DNA of 64,000 bases from positions 620,001 through 684,000 of the forward strand of contig NIVC01000010.1 in assembly GCA_002269645.1 (NCBI GenBank), written 5' to 3'. Each line of letters begins with the position of its first letter. The first letter of the stretch is position 1. The position numbers were made by a program, and so were the translations under genes. This document shows positions 63,275 to 64,000 of the stretch, piece by piece. The DNA is from Macrostomum lignano (taxonomy: Eukaryota). The notes beneath the pieces were generated by a model, which worked only from the letters and a program-made list of their open reading frames with translations, did not search any database and had not been told where the DNA came from.

Positions 63275-64000
63275 CCGGTGTTTTTGGCCCGCTCGGACTC
63301 AACCTCCTGCTCCGCCTCCTGGGACTTTGGCCTAACTTAGACCTCCCGTAGCTCGACCGTCGTCTCTTGATCGCGACTTCCCCCACCATCATCAAGGACG
63401 AATCCCCCCGGTCGTCAGCAGCGAACATCAAGATTAAGAACATCACCTGCTGCTAGCTATCTGCGAAGATTGTGACATCAGCATCATCCCAGGTCTACAG
63501 CTGCGAAGCACTAAGCCGATTTGGTCACTGTGGATTACCTGGTCCCCGGCTGTTGAGTTTCTGATTGGTTGGGTGAGAGGCTACCTAGACTTGCTTGATT
63601 GGGTGATCCCTTATCTGTCTCCTATTTCTGTACCTGGATTAGGCGCACACTTTTGCTCATTTTGTTCAGTAGTGCTGTTGCTGAGGCAGAAGTCATTCAA
63701 TAATACTGCTAGTAGTCTAAAACACCAATTCAATCTGAAGTGTGAAGTGATCTGAGGAGAAGGTTAAATCTGACAGTTATTTTTATCGGTTTTATTTCTT
63801 TGTTTGCCGATGGCTCAGATGAATAGCTAAGCTAGTAGGCGCCGGTTACAGTGGACCAATGGCAAAGCAGTCCTCAGTCGATCAATCTATCAAATCAGTT
63901 AGCAAAATTGCCAATAGTGCAAAATCGGCGCCAGAGATGTACTTTGTGCACTCTAGGGTAGCCAAGCGGCTCGGGTGCTGAATCATGCGGTCTCTGATGT

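Overview
Eukaryotic (metazoan) genomic DNA, not prokaryotic. It holds three spliced protein-coding genes in tandem on the minus strand, rebuilt by hand from GT-AG signals and exon-phase continuity: (1) an ARHGEF17-type RhoGEF (Q/S-rich N-terminus, DH domain, start of PH domain; exons from about 10.8 kb down to 549, running off the left edge); (2) a ~27-kb locus (43174 to 16257) whose phase-consistent exons give a ~1116-aa protein with an N-terminal F-BAR-like domain, a coiled coil, a long low-complexity linker and STAC-type tandem SH3 domains, with no visible C1 domain and with candidate alternative first and last exons; (3) a 4-exon AKAP1/spoonbill-type KH+Tudor gene (56928 to 50654, 484 aa) with no N-terminal membrane anchor. 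About 25 kb (~40%, summed by hand) is micro/minisatellite; nearly every large intron carries its own private array close to the splice sites, and almost all long ORFs in the supplied track are artefacts of these arrays. There are two tRNA-derived SINE families (one inverted pair), a foldback-like element around a microsatellite, and a CCAAT/CCAAT/TATA promoter at the right edge. The style (intronic minisatellites, poly-Q/poly-A exons) suggests a flatworm such as Macrostomum; this is inference only. The most interesting signals are the F-BAR-STAC locus and its isoforms, sense-strand arrays of splice-site consensus motifs, and complementary repeat pairs that could form long dsRNA in the pre-mRNA.
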